From: a virus
Lineage: Duplodnaviria; Heunggongvirae; Uroviricota; Caudoviricetes
Reading direction: 5' to 3' (one strand)
Length of the DNA: 64,000 bases
Virus record (IMG/VR): IMGVR_UViG_3300020109_000007
Span: 47,463-111,462 of that record
This document shows, in pieces, positions 47,688 through 56,986 of the stretch (positions are counted from its first letter, which is position 1; each line of letters starts with the position of its first letter). Made by a program: the position numbers and the translations under genes. The notes below the pieces were generated by a model. It did not search any database. It was not told the DNA's origin and was given only the letters and a program-made list of their open reading frames with translations.

Positions 47688-48032
47688 TCAAGAGCTAATT
47701 TCAATCTTAGTCGTGACTCTCAGCTCAGTATACTTAATTAGAGTATATTTGGAGTCATAGCGAGCTTCTACCCAATCTAGCATGTCTTGCTTGCTCTTAA
47801 ACTTATGCAAGTTCTCGACAGTCTCATCGTAAGCAGGATAACCATGTCCTGGATTTGTACGGCTGCGCTCATCACCGGGATGATGAATAGTATGTGTGAT
47901 GATAGCCGCGTACTTTTCATCTTGCGGAAAAGCGCAAGGGCCTAGACCACAAAAACGACAAGTCCTGGGATAGGTTTTTCCATCTGCCTTCAGCTTTTGG
48001 TTACACAAGTTGGGTCCGTCATAGTCGTTCAT
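47688..48032 (-). CDS. Hypothetical Cys/His-rich protein
   Basis: 114-aa ORF. Confidence 0.3.
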   Translation of the reverse strand: MNDYDGPNLCNQKLKADGKTYPRTCRFCGLGPCAFPQDEKYAAIITHTIHHPGDERSRTNPGHGYPAYDETVENLHKFKSKQDMLDWVEARYDSKYTLIKYTELRVTTKIEISS

Positions 48033-48727
48033 CTAGTATATTCCTTGCAATAATGCCTACTTCCGGCCAAAGTATCTCCGTATCTAGGATCAAGCTTAGA
48101 TACTAAATATCTCCACTTACGATCAATATGCCAGTATAGAGGGTACTCACCGCAATACTTACAAGTCGTCGGAGTCTTCGACATAAGGCCAGTTTCCCTG
48201 AATTTGCCCACAATCGAGACAGAAGATAAAAGACATGTCGTCCCCGCAACCTAGCGGAATATTCTCGGGATAATATCCCGAGTGTTCTTCTCCATCAGCA
48301 AAGACGGCATCAAAACAATCTCGAGCATGAGCGGAGATCTGCACGAGTCTCTCGCTCTTACAGGTTTGACATGACATAAGTAGCAATTCCTACATAAGTT
48401 AGAGAGTGAATAAGCTGATCTAGGCCTGTGAGTTGCCAAAACTCACTGTGAGTTGTTGCACCCCACCCATAATGAGCATTAATGTTCATCTTTGCCCAGT
48501 CCGTGTGATAGTGCACGATTGCTTCAACTGCTAGCACGACCACGATAATTGGCACGGAGATGCCAAACAGTAGGAGAATGATGGCGGTCAATAATACATG
48601 CTGACCTGTATGGACGAGTCCTCCAAGATGCCCATAGAGGTCCCTTTATTTTGCCGCTGAAAAGGTGGTTGATAAAGAAAATCTGCTACGAAGTGCTTTA
48701 CAAAAAGAGCAGCCAGCAACCAGAAGA

Positions 48728-49307
48728 TCATCGGTTGTTCTTCCAATCGTAAAAGGATTCGCCTATATCAGCGAGTTCTTCTTCAAGAAGAGCTACTACA
48801 AAGACTAACACTAGAATAACTACGCTAACTTGCCAAGGCACAAACGCTACAACTAGCACAACTCCTGCGATCATTGCAAGAACTAGAGTTGCGACCAGAA
48901 ATAGACCCGTAAGTAGATTCTTCATCGGTCGTTCTTCCAAGTATAAAAAGCTTCTCCGACAATTGGGCTAAGCATAAAGAATCCTACTAACACTAGAATA
49001 GCTAGTGGTAATACAGCCAGAGCCTTAGCTCCTAACGTAGCTACCACTAGCGCACCTAGAGCTATAATTATAGCTAATGCGGTGAGGATGAGAAACATCC
49101 CTGTAAGCATGTTCTTCATTACTTAATCCTTATCAAACTGTATACAAAAGCTACCATTACCGTAAAAATAATAATAACAAGTAGAATCTGCGCTAGGATA
49201 TATCCTTTTGTCGCCAACATGAGAACCAGCATAATTAGGATGGATACTGTAACGACAGCCATAACGATACGAATAGCCTTAAGTAGGTCTTGCCTATCAA
49301 TAGTCAT
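48728..49307 (-). CDS. Three tandem small membrane proteins; the first two are paralogues
   Basis: 48728..48940 and 48922..49119 share MKN.LTG.FL..T........ALV..VL.....FY.WKN.R. 49119..49307 is a third TM peptide. Confidence 0.35.
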
Positions 49308-49417
49308 AACGCAATTCTTTCTCCAGGATGAAGGCGGCTTCTTGTAGATAGCGATCTCGCATCGTTCGAAGATGCGCTACGATTTCATCATATGCTTGGT
49401 TAATAGCAGCTTCATTA

Positions 49418-49816
49418 TTAGTCAATTGAATACACCTTTTGAACAAAACGACGACGAGCGGGATGCACGTCTGCGGAAGCGTGAGCCTCTTGATCGAGAA
49501 CCATGCCATTACGAACGGTCAGCACGTGACCCGAGACGAATACTAGAAAAGTACCGGAGCCTGAAGTTGAGACCCACTTGCGAACAGTCTGACGTTCGAC
49601 GGGCACCTCTTGCGTCAGATAACCGAAATCCTGAATAGACTTAATGATCTGCTCGTCATAGGTACGACGAACGTGACGCTTCTGGTGAGGCATCTTGTTA
49701 CGCTCGCAAGCAGCATGTGCTTGAGCCATCGTGACGTTGCTGGAGACAGCAATGGCAAGAACACCGCAGATGCCCATGCGACGCATATCTTCTGTGAAGT
49801 CGATCGGATAGTTCAC
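49418..49816 (-). CDS. Hypothetical protein
   Basis: 132-aa ORF. Confidence 0.3.
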   Translation of the reverse strand: MNYPIDFTEDMRRMGICGVLAIAVSSNVTMAQAHAACERNKMPHQKRHVRRTYDEQIIKSIQDFGYLTQEVPVERQTVRKWVSTSGSGTFLVFVSGHVLTVRNGMVLDQEAHASADVHPARRRFVQKVYSID

Positions 49817-49872
49817 GCTGTCTCTCCTTCTGATGTACTCATTATATGCAAAAACAGCAGCTCAGTCAACTG

Positions 49873-50226
49873 CTAGTTTCGACACTGGCGAATGAGACAG
49901 CGTCTCTCCACGAGTTGAGCCTGATCTAGGTCAAACACGCACTGGTTCTCGTCTGCGATTACTGCTTCTGTGTCGTATACAGAGATAGCAGCACCATACT
50001 GAGCAAGGTGAGTTCGAGCACGTGCACTGAACCAGCGACGCAGCTGGGCTAGAGACGTACAGCCAAATCGAGCATCTTCGAACGAGCTAAGATCGGGATT
50101 TTTCATGAAGGGATGGCGATCATAGTCGTTATAATCGCCCATCACATATTCAAAGTACTCGGTCTCATCGGCCACAATATTAAAAGCACCAACGCAATCT
50201 ACAGTCTCAACTCGATAGACTAGCAC
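49873..50226 (-). CDS. Hypothetical protein
   Basis: 117-aa ORF. Confidence 0.3.
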   Translation of the reverse strand: MLVYRVETVDCVGAFNIVADETEYFEYVMGDYNDYDRHPFMKNPDLSSFEDARFGCTSLAQLRRWFSARARTHLAQYGAAISVYDTEAVIADENQCVFDLDQAQLVERRCLIRQCRN

Positions 50227-50230
50227 GAGA

Positions 50231-51278
50231 TTACTCCCTAGTTACAGTGGTAAAAGTCGCACCCTTTAGTACTAGATAGCTATAACCGTAACCGTCATCT
50301 TCCTCACTTACGGTAAACATGATATTGACGGGCTTAGCGTCTGGAACACCGTTTTGATTAAGATAGTCGGCTACGAGCCTCGCAATAACTTCACGACTGA
50401 TCGTGCACGTCGTGGTAGTTACGATTTCTTTATCAATTTCCATATCATTCCTCTGAAAAGTCTAGTGGCCGAAATAGAGGCCGAGTCCAGTCGCGTTCAG
50501 CCTCTACCGAGGTATACCCACGCTCAATCAAACATCCCTGAATATATCCAAGCCAGCGATTAAGTTTCATTAGTGGAAGTTGATCTCGACAGCTGAACAT
50601 AAATTGCATTACGAATACCCATAGAGGGTCATCAGCCTCTACAGCTGGATCATCTAGAAGCATGTCACGGTAGCGCTCTGCACACTTATGCAGAGCGTGG
50701 TAATACTTACTTTCGCTCATCGGGACCTCCGCAGTACTCACAATACTCATCATCATAGTCCGTATAAACACACACGCCTACGGGACTCTCGTTGCACCTG
50801 TGACCGTGTTCTAGGTCAAAACCTGCTTTGGGGTCTTGAATAAGACTTCGTGCTTGCTCGTACAGCTTACGCACCCACTCTTGGCGATCAGCAGAAAGCT
50901 TGGCTAGATATTCACGAGCATGCTTGATCGCAAAGTCGTGCTTCTCAATTTGCTCTACGATGCCGACAGGCATCCAATTTTGCTTCTTCATGACCTCTTA
51001 ATCCTAATAGAGTTCTTCTTCTGTCCCAGAGTTTCCGCTAGACGATGTGCAAATGAAATTGCTTCTTGAAAGATGTACTTCTCACCTGCGGAGTCTTGAC
51101 TATATCTGCCTGAATTTGTAAAAAGAGTCATAGCATCATTCAGCGTAACCATAGCACTGTACCTAGGAGCATAACCACCAGGGCCCATAGTCATCGTTCG
51201 GTTTAGAACTACTTGGATCTTGTGCACAGTTCGTCTCCTTTTCGCACTCATTATACGCAAAAAGGCCGCCAAAGTCAA
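50231..51278 (-). CDS. Run of four small hypothetical genes (50231..50443, 50445..50771, 50707..50991, 50988..51278)
   Basis: Tightly packed minus-strand ORFs with overlapping stops and starts. Confidence 0.3.
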
Positions 51279-51304
51279 CGACTAAAGCGGCCTTTTCTTA
51301 ATTT

Positions 51305-51730
51305 TTAATCTTCGTATCTTGTAAGCTCTGGGTCATCATTCTCTAATATTAACATATCTCCGAAAGTACGACTAAGGGGCCCTTTGACGGCTTGATTTGC
51401 ATCGCTATAACTGGCGAAAGTAATACCTGAAAAATACCAGCGATCTTGGTCGTCCTGCAGATATAGAGAGAACTTTCCAGCGTCTTTTCCGTCTAGTTTG
51501 CTTTTAAATATAGTTCTCACCCTGCCCACATCGTAAGGTAGCTCTTCTGGATTATGATCGTCTACAAAATATTCTCCGATATTTTCACCTTGAAGATGTA
51601 GCTCTGCCCCAAAAGGAATACCTCCATATTGCCGAGCCTGTTTCTCACTTACATAACTAGTTGTAATATCATACTTTTCAGTTTTAGTCTCTACATAGTA
51701 CACTAGGTTTTCTCCTTTAATACAAATCAT
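51305..51730 (-). CDS. Hypothetical protein
   Basis: 141-aa ORF. Confidence 0.3.
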   Translation of the reverse strand: MICIKGENLVYYVETKTEKYDITTSYVSEKQARQYGGIPFGAELHLQGENIGEYFVDDHNPEELPYDVGRVRTIFKSKLDGKDAGKFSLYLQDDQDRWYFSGITFASYSDANQAVKGPLSRTFGDMLILENDDPELTRYED

Positions 51731-51772
51731 TTTCGATTTGTAAACATATCATAGTATGTTTTAGGCCAAATG

Positions 51773-52648
51773 TCAAGAATTATTTTCATCTAGGAGTAAT
51801 ATGTCGCAGTTAAATAACTCGGTTGCTCCACCAGTTCGTAAAAATTGGGGTGCGTATACCTTACAATCTTTATACTCTTCTAGAATCATTTGTTCTGCTG
51901 CTTCGGCTTCAGCCCCTATCACATACTCTTTCTCTAGAAGAATCTTGTAGCTCTTGCCACAGTTTGCTAGTCTTCTACTTGCGGATTTGTTAGTAATTCC
52001 AATCTTGTATAAGGTTTGAGTATTATCCCATATTCTAGCATAATATAGAATAGCGGGGCGACCGCGATTAAATCCAAATTTAGCGCAGCTAGGGCACCCT
52101 GATCCGTTTAGAATATCGTGGGGTTTGGGACTCCATTTATGGTCACATTCAGGACACTGATGTTCTAGGTGCTTCATCATGCCATCATATTGACCTAGAA
52201 CTACAAATTGTATTCCTTTGTCTAGTAACTCCTGCTTGTAGCTTTCTGTAGTTTTCTTTGCCATACCACTACAAACGGGACACGATCTAGGATTTTTTAA
52301 CACAGAGCTGGGTTGAATTTTATATTGATGCCCTTCCTCACATTCGTGAAGAATTTTTGTGTGTACTCCCGCGTATACTTCTAACGGAAGAAAGGTAGAG
52401 TTTAATTTCTCTAAGTCAGCTAAATAACCTTCATGAGTACGCCTTCTCTGACCTCCTGAACAGCTAGAGCATTTTACTTTGCCAGCCATCATACGTCCAC
52501 GATCAGCTTCAAACTCGTGGCCTGAGGCACAACGATATATTTGTCTAGGCGAGTTCGCTAAAGTATCGTACTTTCCAATTGCAGTAAAGGGTATATTCTT
52601 TGCTGTGAGTTTCTCATTATGTATGCGTAATAGTTCTGCGGCTTTCAT
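51773..52648 (-). CDS. GIY-YIG-like (T5orf172-type) putative homing endonuclease with three Zn-ribbons
   Basis: CASGHEF...CSSC, HECEEGHQYKIQPSSVL...CPVC, CPECDHKWSPKPHDILNGSGCPSC, ILYYARIW...YKIGIT and GGATELF. Confidence 0.5.
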   Translation of the reverse strand: MKAAELLRIHNEKLTAKNIPFTAIGKYDTLANSPRQIYRCASGHEFEADRGRMMAGKVKCSSCSGGQRRRTHEGYLADLEKLNSTFLPLEVYAGVHTKILHECEEGHQYKIQPSSVLKNPRSCPVCSGMAKKTTESYKQELLDKGIQFVVLGQYDGMMKHLEHQCPECDHKWSPKPHDILNGSGCPSCAKFGFNRGRPAILYYARIWDNTQTLYKIGITNKSASRRLANCGKSYKILLEKEYVIGAEAEAAEQMILEEYKDCKVYAPQFLRTGGATELFNCDILLLDENNS

Positions 52649-53475
52649 GATAACTTTATAGCATGTTTAAGAGCTTATGTCAAGGATTGACTTTTGGTTA
52701 GCAAAAATAGAATATTTAGATTTTTGGTTTAAAGAAAAGCACTTTCTACAGTTTATAATAATACCCTAGGATAAAATTATCCTATTGACTTTATGTGATA
52801 AGTGTGATACTATGTAACAAGTTACTGATTAGAGATTATGTTATTCAAATCCTCTGTGAGACGAAGCGTCTCACTTACACAGAATAAAGATGTTTACTGA
52901 CGACTGGTAGGCTTCGCCGATAAAGAGTCACGTCTTTATCTTCAGTGTTTATTGAGACCCTTCGTCTCACTTATTGATAAAACTTCTAAAAGCAGATAAG
53001 AAGTTACATAGTATTTCACTTTTGGCTACGAGTGTATCTTTTCAAGATCAATATCTACGGAAGCTAAAATCAATTCGTGTATAATTCGGGCTAAGAGGCT
53101 CCAATTCTGTGCAAGGGTCCCGCCGCCCCGTCTCTTTCTCTAGCTCTCTTTCAATAGAGGCCCGCGGCTGTTCGCAGCTAGCTGGGCCATTTTCACGTCT
53201 ACGACGTGGGGTTGCCCGAAGTGCTGCAGTTGGGTTTCACTGGTAGAAGGAGCAATTTCTCTAGGTTGTCTCAATCGTCGTGTCGCTAGCTTCTTGCGGT
53301 TTCAGCCACCTGCGCGCGAAGCGCGGTAATTAGGCTGCAGCACCGCAGCAAATTTTTTAAAATTTCCTCAAATTTTGTGAAATCACGGCGCAGGAAACGC
53401 AATTTGAGCGCTTCTTTACAAATTAAGTCGAACAATAGCGATTTACCTTAGTTTTCACCAATTTTAAAAATTTCT

Positions 53476-53510
53476 CTTGACAACGCGTTGTCGACGCACT
53501 ACTGTCGGCG
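53476..53510 (+). promoter_or_regulatory. Plus-strand promoter-like module (variant: TTGACA-N17-TACTGT-CGGCGC)
   Basis: First member of the GC-region module family. The normal promoter TTGACTcgcgagctgattctagaTATAAT (53524-53552) follows, driving 53576..54197. Confidence 0.45.
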
Positions 53511-53575
53511 CAGGTGAATTTATCTGTTGACTCGCGAGCTGATTCTAGATATAATGAACGCACAAAGGAGAGATT

Positions 53576-53800
53576 ATGGGTCTGTTTAGTACTTTTCTAG
53601 TAGTAGAAGACGAGAATGACACTTTTGGCATCGGTCAGTACTTTCACGAGGAAGACTTGCCAGAAACCGTTGAGGGTTACCACTCTAGAGATATTCAATT
53701 TGATAGAGCACCAGATCTTGCGATTGGAGGCATTACACTGCTCGAACTAAAGCATCAGCTTCGCCAGCTTCTGGATCAGGTGGAGGCCTATGAGCGTTAA
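53576..53800 (+). CDS. Hypothetical protein
   Basis: AAGGAG RBS; 74 aa. Confidence 0.4.
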   Translation: MGLFSTFLVVEDENDTFGIGQYFHEEDLPETVEGYHSRDIQFDRAPDLAIGGITLLELKHQLRQLLDQVEAYER

Positions 53801-54197
53801 CTGGAACGAGCCAATCGAGGCCGTAAATCGTGTGACTGGTGAGGTCGTGCCTATGGAGCTAGCACGAGGACCCGAGAAAGACTATTGGGGCGGTCAGTCC
53901 TACTATACTAAAACAAGTCCTAGTACTTCGACAAGTAATAACGGCTGGCACGAGGATGGGGGAGACCATTGTAGTCATAATCAGTGGTACATTCGAAATG
54001 TGCCGAATTCCGGCGTAGCCGATGAGTTGGCACAACTGCGTCAATTTCGGGAAATAGCGCTACTCGTTGCTCCGGAACTCGCGCAGATGCCCAAATCCGA
54101 CGAGGAGATGGTCGAGTTTCTAGCAAACGCGTACTATGAGAGCGACGACGCGGATTTGCCCGCAATTATTCTAGCTGCCATGAAGTGGGCAAAATAA
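53790..54197 (+). CDS. Hypothetical protein, paralogue of 62511..63119
   Basis: PIEAVNRVTGEVVPM...YTKTSP...NGWHEDGGDHC..NQWYIRN corresponds to PLEAVEKATGRVVPV...HTKESP...DNWYLDGRDYC..DKWLIRN. Confidence 0.45.
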   Translation: MSVNWNEPIEAVNRVTGEVVPMELARGPEKDYWGGQSYYTKTSPSTSTSNNGWHEDGGDHCSHNQWYIRNVPNSGVADELAQLRQFREIALLVAPELAQMPKSDEEMVEFLANAYYESDDADLPAIILAAMKWAK

Positions 54198-54199
54198 TT

Positions 54200-54232
54200 A
54201 AGGCCGGGAATTGCTCCCGGCCTTTTTTATTT
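54200..54232 (+). terminator. Rho-independent terminator
   Basis: aggccgggaattgctcccggcct + tttttat. Confidence 0.65.
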
Positions 54233-54277
54233 GTCAAAAATTTTGACCGATGGTGAATAATTGACTTGACACTATTT

Positions 54278-55099
54278 TTATTCGGCGCTTAATAGTGAGG
54301 TTCTAGCACCTTTAAAACATTCAGTTTTACCATTTCTTTCAAACCAAGAATCTTCTGGTATGAACTGACTAACTTCCTTTTTAATATCTCGTTCAATATT
54401 TAAAGCCTCTACCAGCGTCGTACTAATTGAGTCTAGTATTCTATATTTCGGAGCACCGTTAAGGCGAAGTTTTATTGTCTGTTGTGTTATACCAAACTTT
54501 TTAAAGCTGCCAAAATCAACTAAGTATACTATAGTTTCTTTATTAGGATCAAACTTACCTCCAATATTAGGAGGTAGACCATTAGCTTCTAGCGCTGCGG
54601 ACCAAGACCCATATTGACGTATAATCCTAGAGCTATAAGGTTGTGGACAGCGCTCTTTTACTAAATAATTGAGCACGTACTGATTTAGTTCTTGTACTGA
54701 TGATTTCGGCGCTAGATTTTGGTGAGAATAACTTCCTGTAGGACTAGATTGATGACCTTGAGCTTCCAATACTCCTTTTTTAATCAACCTACTTATCTTT
54801 TGTTTAACTTTATCGTAGTTGCGATTCATCTTACTAGCTATTTCAGGTATAGATAATTTATACGTGTCTCTATATTCTATTAAATCTAACTCATCATCTA
54901 GAGACCAAGTATCTTTAGAAATGGTTGAACCAACTAATTTATTCCCCTGTACCGCAACAGCTCTATAAGTTCTATCTGGGAGTAAGGTTGTAATTTCTTT
55001 ATAGTTTAAACCTTGAAGTAGACTGTCTTTAATAAGTTGATTTTCTTCTTCAGTCCAAAATTTTCGTTGTGCCATGTTGATAGTACACTGAGTTGACAT
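54278..55099 (-). CDS. GIY-YIG-like (T5orf172-type) putative homing endonuclease with SANT-like N-domain; AT-rich gene inside the GC-rich segment
   Basis: RKFWTEEENQLIK...LLPDRTYRAV and IVYLVDFGSFKKFGITQQ. Confidence 0.45.
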   Translation of the reverse strand: MSTQCTINMAQRKFWTEEENQLIKDSLLQGLNYKEITTLLPDRTYRAVAVQGNKLVGSTISKDTWSLDDELDLIEYRDTYKLSIPEIASKMNRNYDKVKQKISRLIKKGVLEAQGHQSSPTGSYSHQNLAPKSSVQELNQYVLNYLVKERCPQPYSSRIIRQYGSWSAALEANGLPPNIGGKFDPNKETIVYLVDFGSFKKFGITQQTIKLRLNGAPKYRILDSISTTLVEALNIERDIKKEVSQFIPEDSWFERNGKTECFKGARTSLLSAE

Positions 55100-55233
55100 G
55101 CTACTGTCAAAAGTTAAATATTTCGAGGTCGTATGTAGCTTATAGTTGCATTACTACTGCACTGGTCGGCGCTTAGTCATGGAGACGATATATCAGAAAG
55201 GTGATGATATAACATATCAGAAAAATTTTTCTC

Positions 55234-55276
55234 TTGACAAAATCGCGTTAGTCCGTCAAAATCGGCGCCACGAAAA
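55234..55276 (+). promoter_or_regulatory. Plus-strand promoter-like module followed by hairpin + T-tract (55290-55330)
   Basis: tcTTGACAaaatcgcgttagtccGTCAAAATCGGCGCC, then aaagccgcca...tggcggcttt-ctctc. Confidence 0.5.
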
Positions 55277-55593
55277 AAGCCGCCAGAGGGCGTCCCCCGT
55301 GGCGGCTTTCTCTCGCTTTGCGTCTTTCGCAATCTCCCCGGCTCTTATCTGCAACAGGTTGAAAGGGGAGTGGAAAGGTTCGCGATTTAATGGTGCCCTT
55401 TTCCGCTTGCCGCGACACCTGCCGGTCAAAACCCCGGACGGACGATCCGTTTCGGGGACCGATACCTAGGCAGCTAATTTTAACGTGTCCGTGCCGACAC
55501 GGTAATCAAGAGCCGATTTGGCATCTATTTGCCGCCTCCCGCTCTTGATAACTCTCTTATATCAAACTTTCACTTGCCTGTCAACAACTATTT

Positions 55594-55860
55594 TTAACCG
55601 CCCGTAATTCGTCGCGCATAGTCGCTTACAGTCTCCCCCGGAAGCGGAGCTGGAATGAAGTGATTCGTTAGAGTAACAGACGGGTCCGTAATTGTAAAGG
55701 GGATTTCTTCGCCTAGAGCAAAAATCTGCTGCCGTTGTGCACGATAAGAGTCGCCATCATTTTCAACAAACTCTTGAATCACGTCAAGAGCTTCTTCAAT
55801 AGTGTCACAAACCCTAAGCTCATAGTCATAGTTAGGGTCAATCACAACAAACTTTGCCAC
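55594..55860 (-). CDS. Hypothetical protein
   Basis: 88 aa. A minus-strand promoter ...ttgatgaaaccattatagg...gtcaac lies upstream at 55873-55920. Confidence 0.35.
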   Translation of the reverse strand: MAKFVVIDPNYDYELRVCDTIEEALDVIQEFVENDGDSYRAQRQQIFALGEEIPFTITDPSVTLTNHFIPAPLPGETVSDYARRITGG

Positions 55861-55943
55861 TTGCTATCTCCTGTCTTGATGAAACCATTATAGGAGAGTT
55901 GAGCCGGACTGTCAACTACTATTTTCAGTCCGGCTCAATTTCT

Positions 55944-56357
55944 TTAGGCTGCCAGCGCCTCGACCGCCTCGGCAAGCGCCGTAAGCTGGCCCTTGCTGCC
56001 CTTGTCCAGCGTATCAAGCGAGCCATCGTCAAGGCCGACAGCGCGAGCGATACGGTCCACAAGATCGCTCTTGCGCGTTACCGGCGAGCCATCCTTAGAC
56101 GTGGGAACCTTGCGCGCATAATTGACATTCATGCGCGCCATCTTCGCCACGATCATGCGAGGGGTTCGCTCGCCCTTTTCAGGATGATTCATGCGTTCAT
56201 CGGCGGCTAGCCCCTTGGCAACCTCCAGGTTGCCGACGCCGCCGTTCGCTTCCACCGCTTCGCGGATAAGCTGCTCTTGCGCTTCCGTGTAATTCTTGTC
56301 CTGTTCCTTAGCCATTTTAAGAGTCCTTCTAAGTTTGTCTCTATCAAGGCGGCCCAT
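55944..56357 (-). CDS. Hypothetical protein, paralogue of 59831..60247 (probable start at internal MAKEQDKNYT)
   Basis: Shares DRDKLRRTLKMAKEQDKNYT and C-terminal DRIA...L........L..L..AVE.LAA. An AGAAGGA RBS precedes the internal Met. Confidence 0.4.
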   Translation of the reverse strand: MGRLDRDKLRRTLKMAKEQDKNYTEAQEQLIREAVEANGGVGNLEVAKGLAADERMNHPEKGERTPRMIVAKMARMNVNYARKVPTSKDGSPVTRKSDLVDRIARAVGLDDGSLDTLDKGSKGQLTALAEAVEALAA

Positions 56358-56359
56358 CC

Positions 56360-56405
56360 GCTCTTGATGTAACTGTTATAAGCTGTTTTGACTGTGCCGT
56401 CAACA
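56360..56405 (-). promoter_or_regulatory. Minus-strand sigma70-type promoter back-to-back with plus-strand module 56439-56473
   Basis: Reverse-complement reading gives TTGACGgcacagtcaaaacagctTATAACagttacATCAAGAGCGG. Confidence 0.5.
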
Positions 56406-56438
56406 GAAAAATGAAGCATCGGTGATTTTTATTTTCTC

Positions 56439-56473
56439 TTGACACGCGCTGAAAAATCTGCTAAAATCGGCGC
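56439..56473 (+). promoter_or_regulatory. Plus-strand promoter-like module + hairpin (56476-56506)
   Basis: tcTTGACAcgcgctgaaaaatctGCTAAAATCGGCGCG, then gcagcgcgcaactttattgcgcgctgc. Confidence 0.5.
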
Positions 56474-56946
56474 GAGCAGCGCGCAACTTTATTGCGCGCT
56501 GCCGGTAGTCAGGCGGGCTTAACCTCCGTAACCTCGCCTTGGAGGCATCGAACCCTAGGGCTATCTTCTAGAAAGAGGTCCATAGCCTCATCTTCGCTTT
56601 CAGCCTCAACCTCGTATGTCACTTCCTCGTAAATGTAAAATCGTGCCATGTCAATCCCTTTCTTCGTTTCTAGCTTCTAACCATCCCGCTCGCCAGCGCA
56701 TTGCACCAACGCTTCTAGCAGGGTAAGGATTCTGGTCGAGCAAATAACCCGTTACATATGCCTCCCTTCCACGTTTATACGGTCCCATTGCCGTTCCTCC
56801 GTTTGACAATTCACCCTAGCGCCGCTTCGCGCGCATGTCAACAAGTAAAATGCAGCGCAATAATATTTCAAAAATCGGCGCCTCCTTCCTCCACAGGATA
56901 GCATTTTTCTGTGCGCCTGTCAAGCCCTAAAACGCATAAAAAGAGA

Positions 56947-56972
56947 GGCGGGAAAATTAATTCCCGCCTCCC
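56947..56972 (-). terminator. Intrinsic terminator of the A1-like gene
   Basis: gaggcgggaaaattaattcccgcctc. A T-tract (TCTTTTTATGCGTTTT) follows on the minus sense. Confidence 0.6.
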
Positions 56973-56986
56973 AAGATTTAGCTTGA

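Noticed and set aside
52857-52980. GAGACG...CGTCTC (BsmBI/Esp3I-like) palindromes suggesting an engineered cloning cassette
   Set aside because: Most likely a coincidence of a natural palindrome. There are no other vector-like features. Kept as a biological palindrome in the junction finding.
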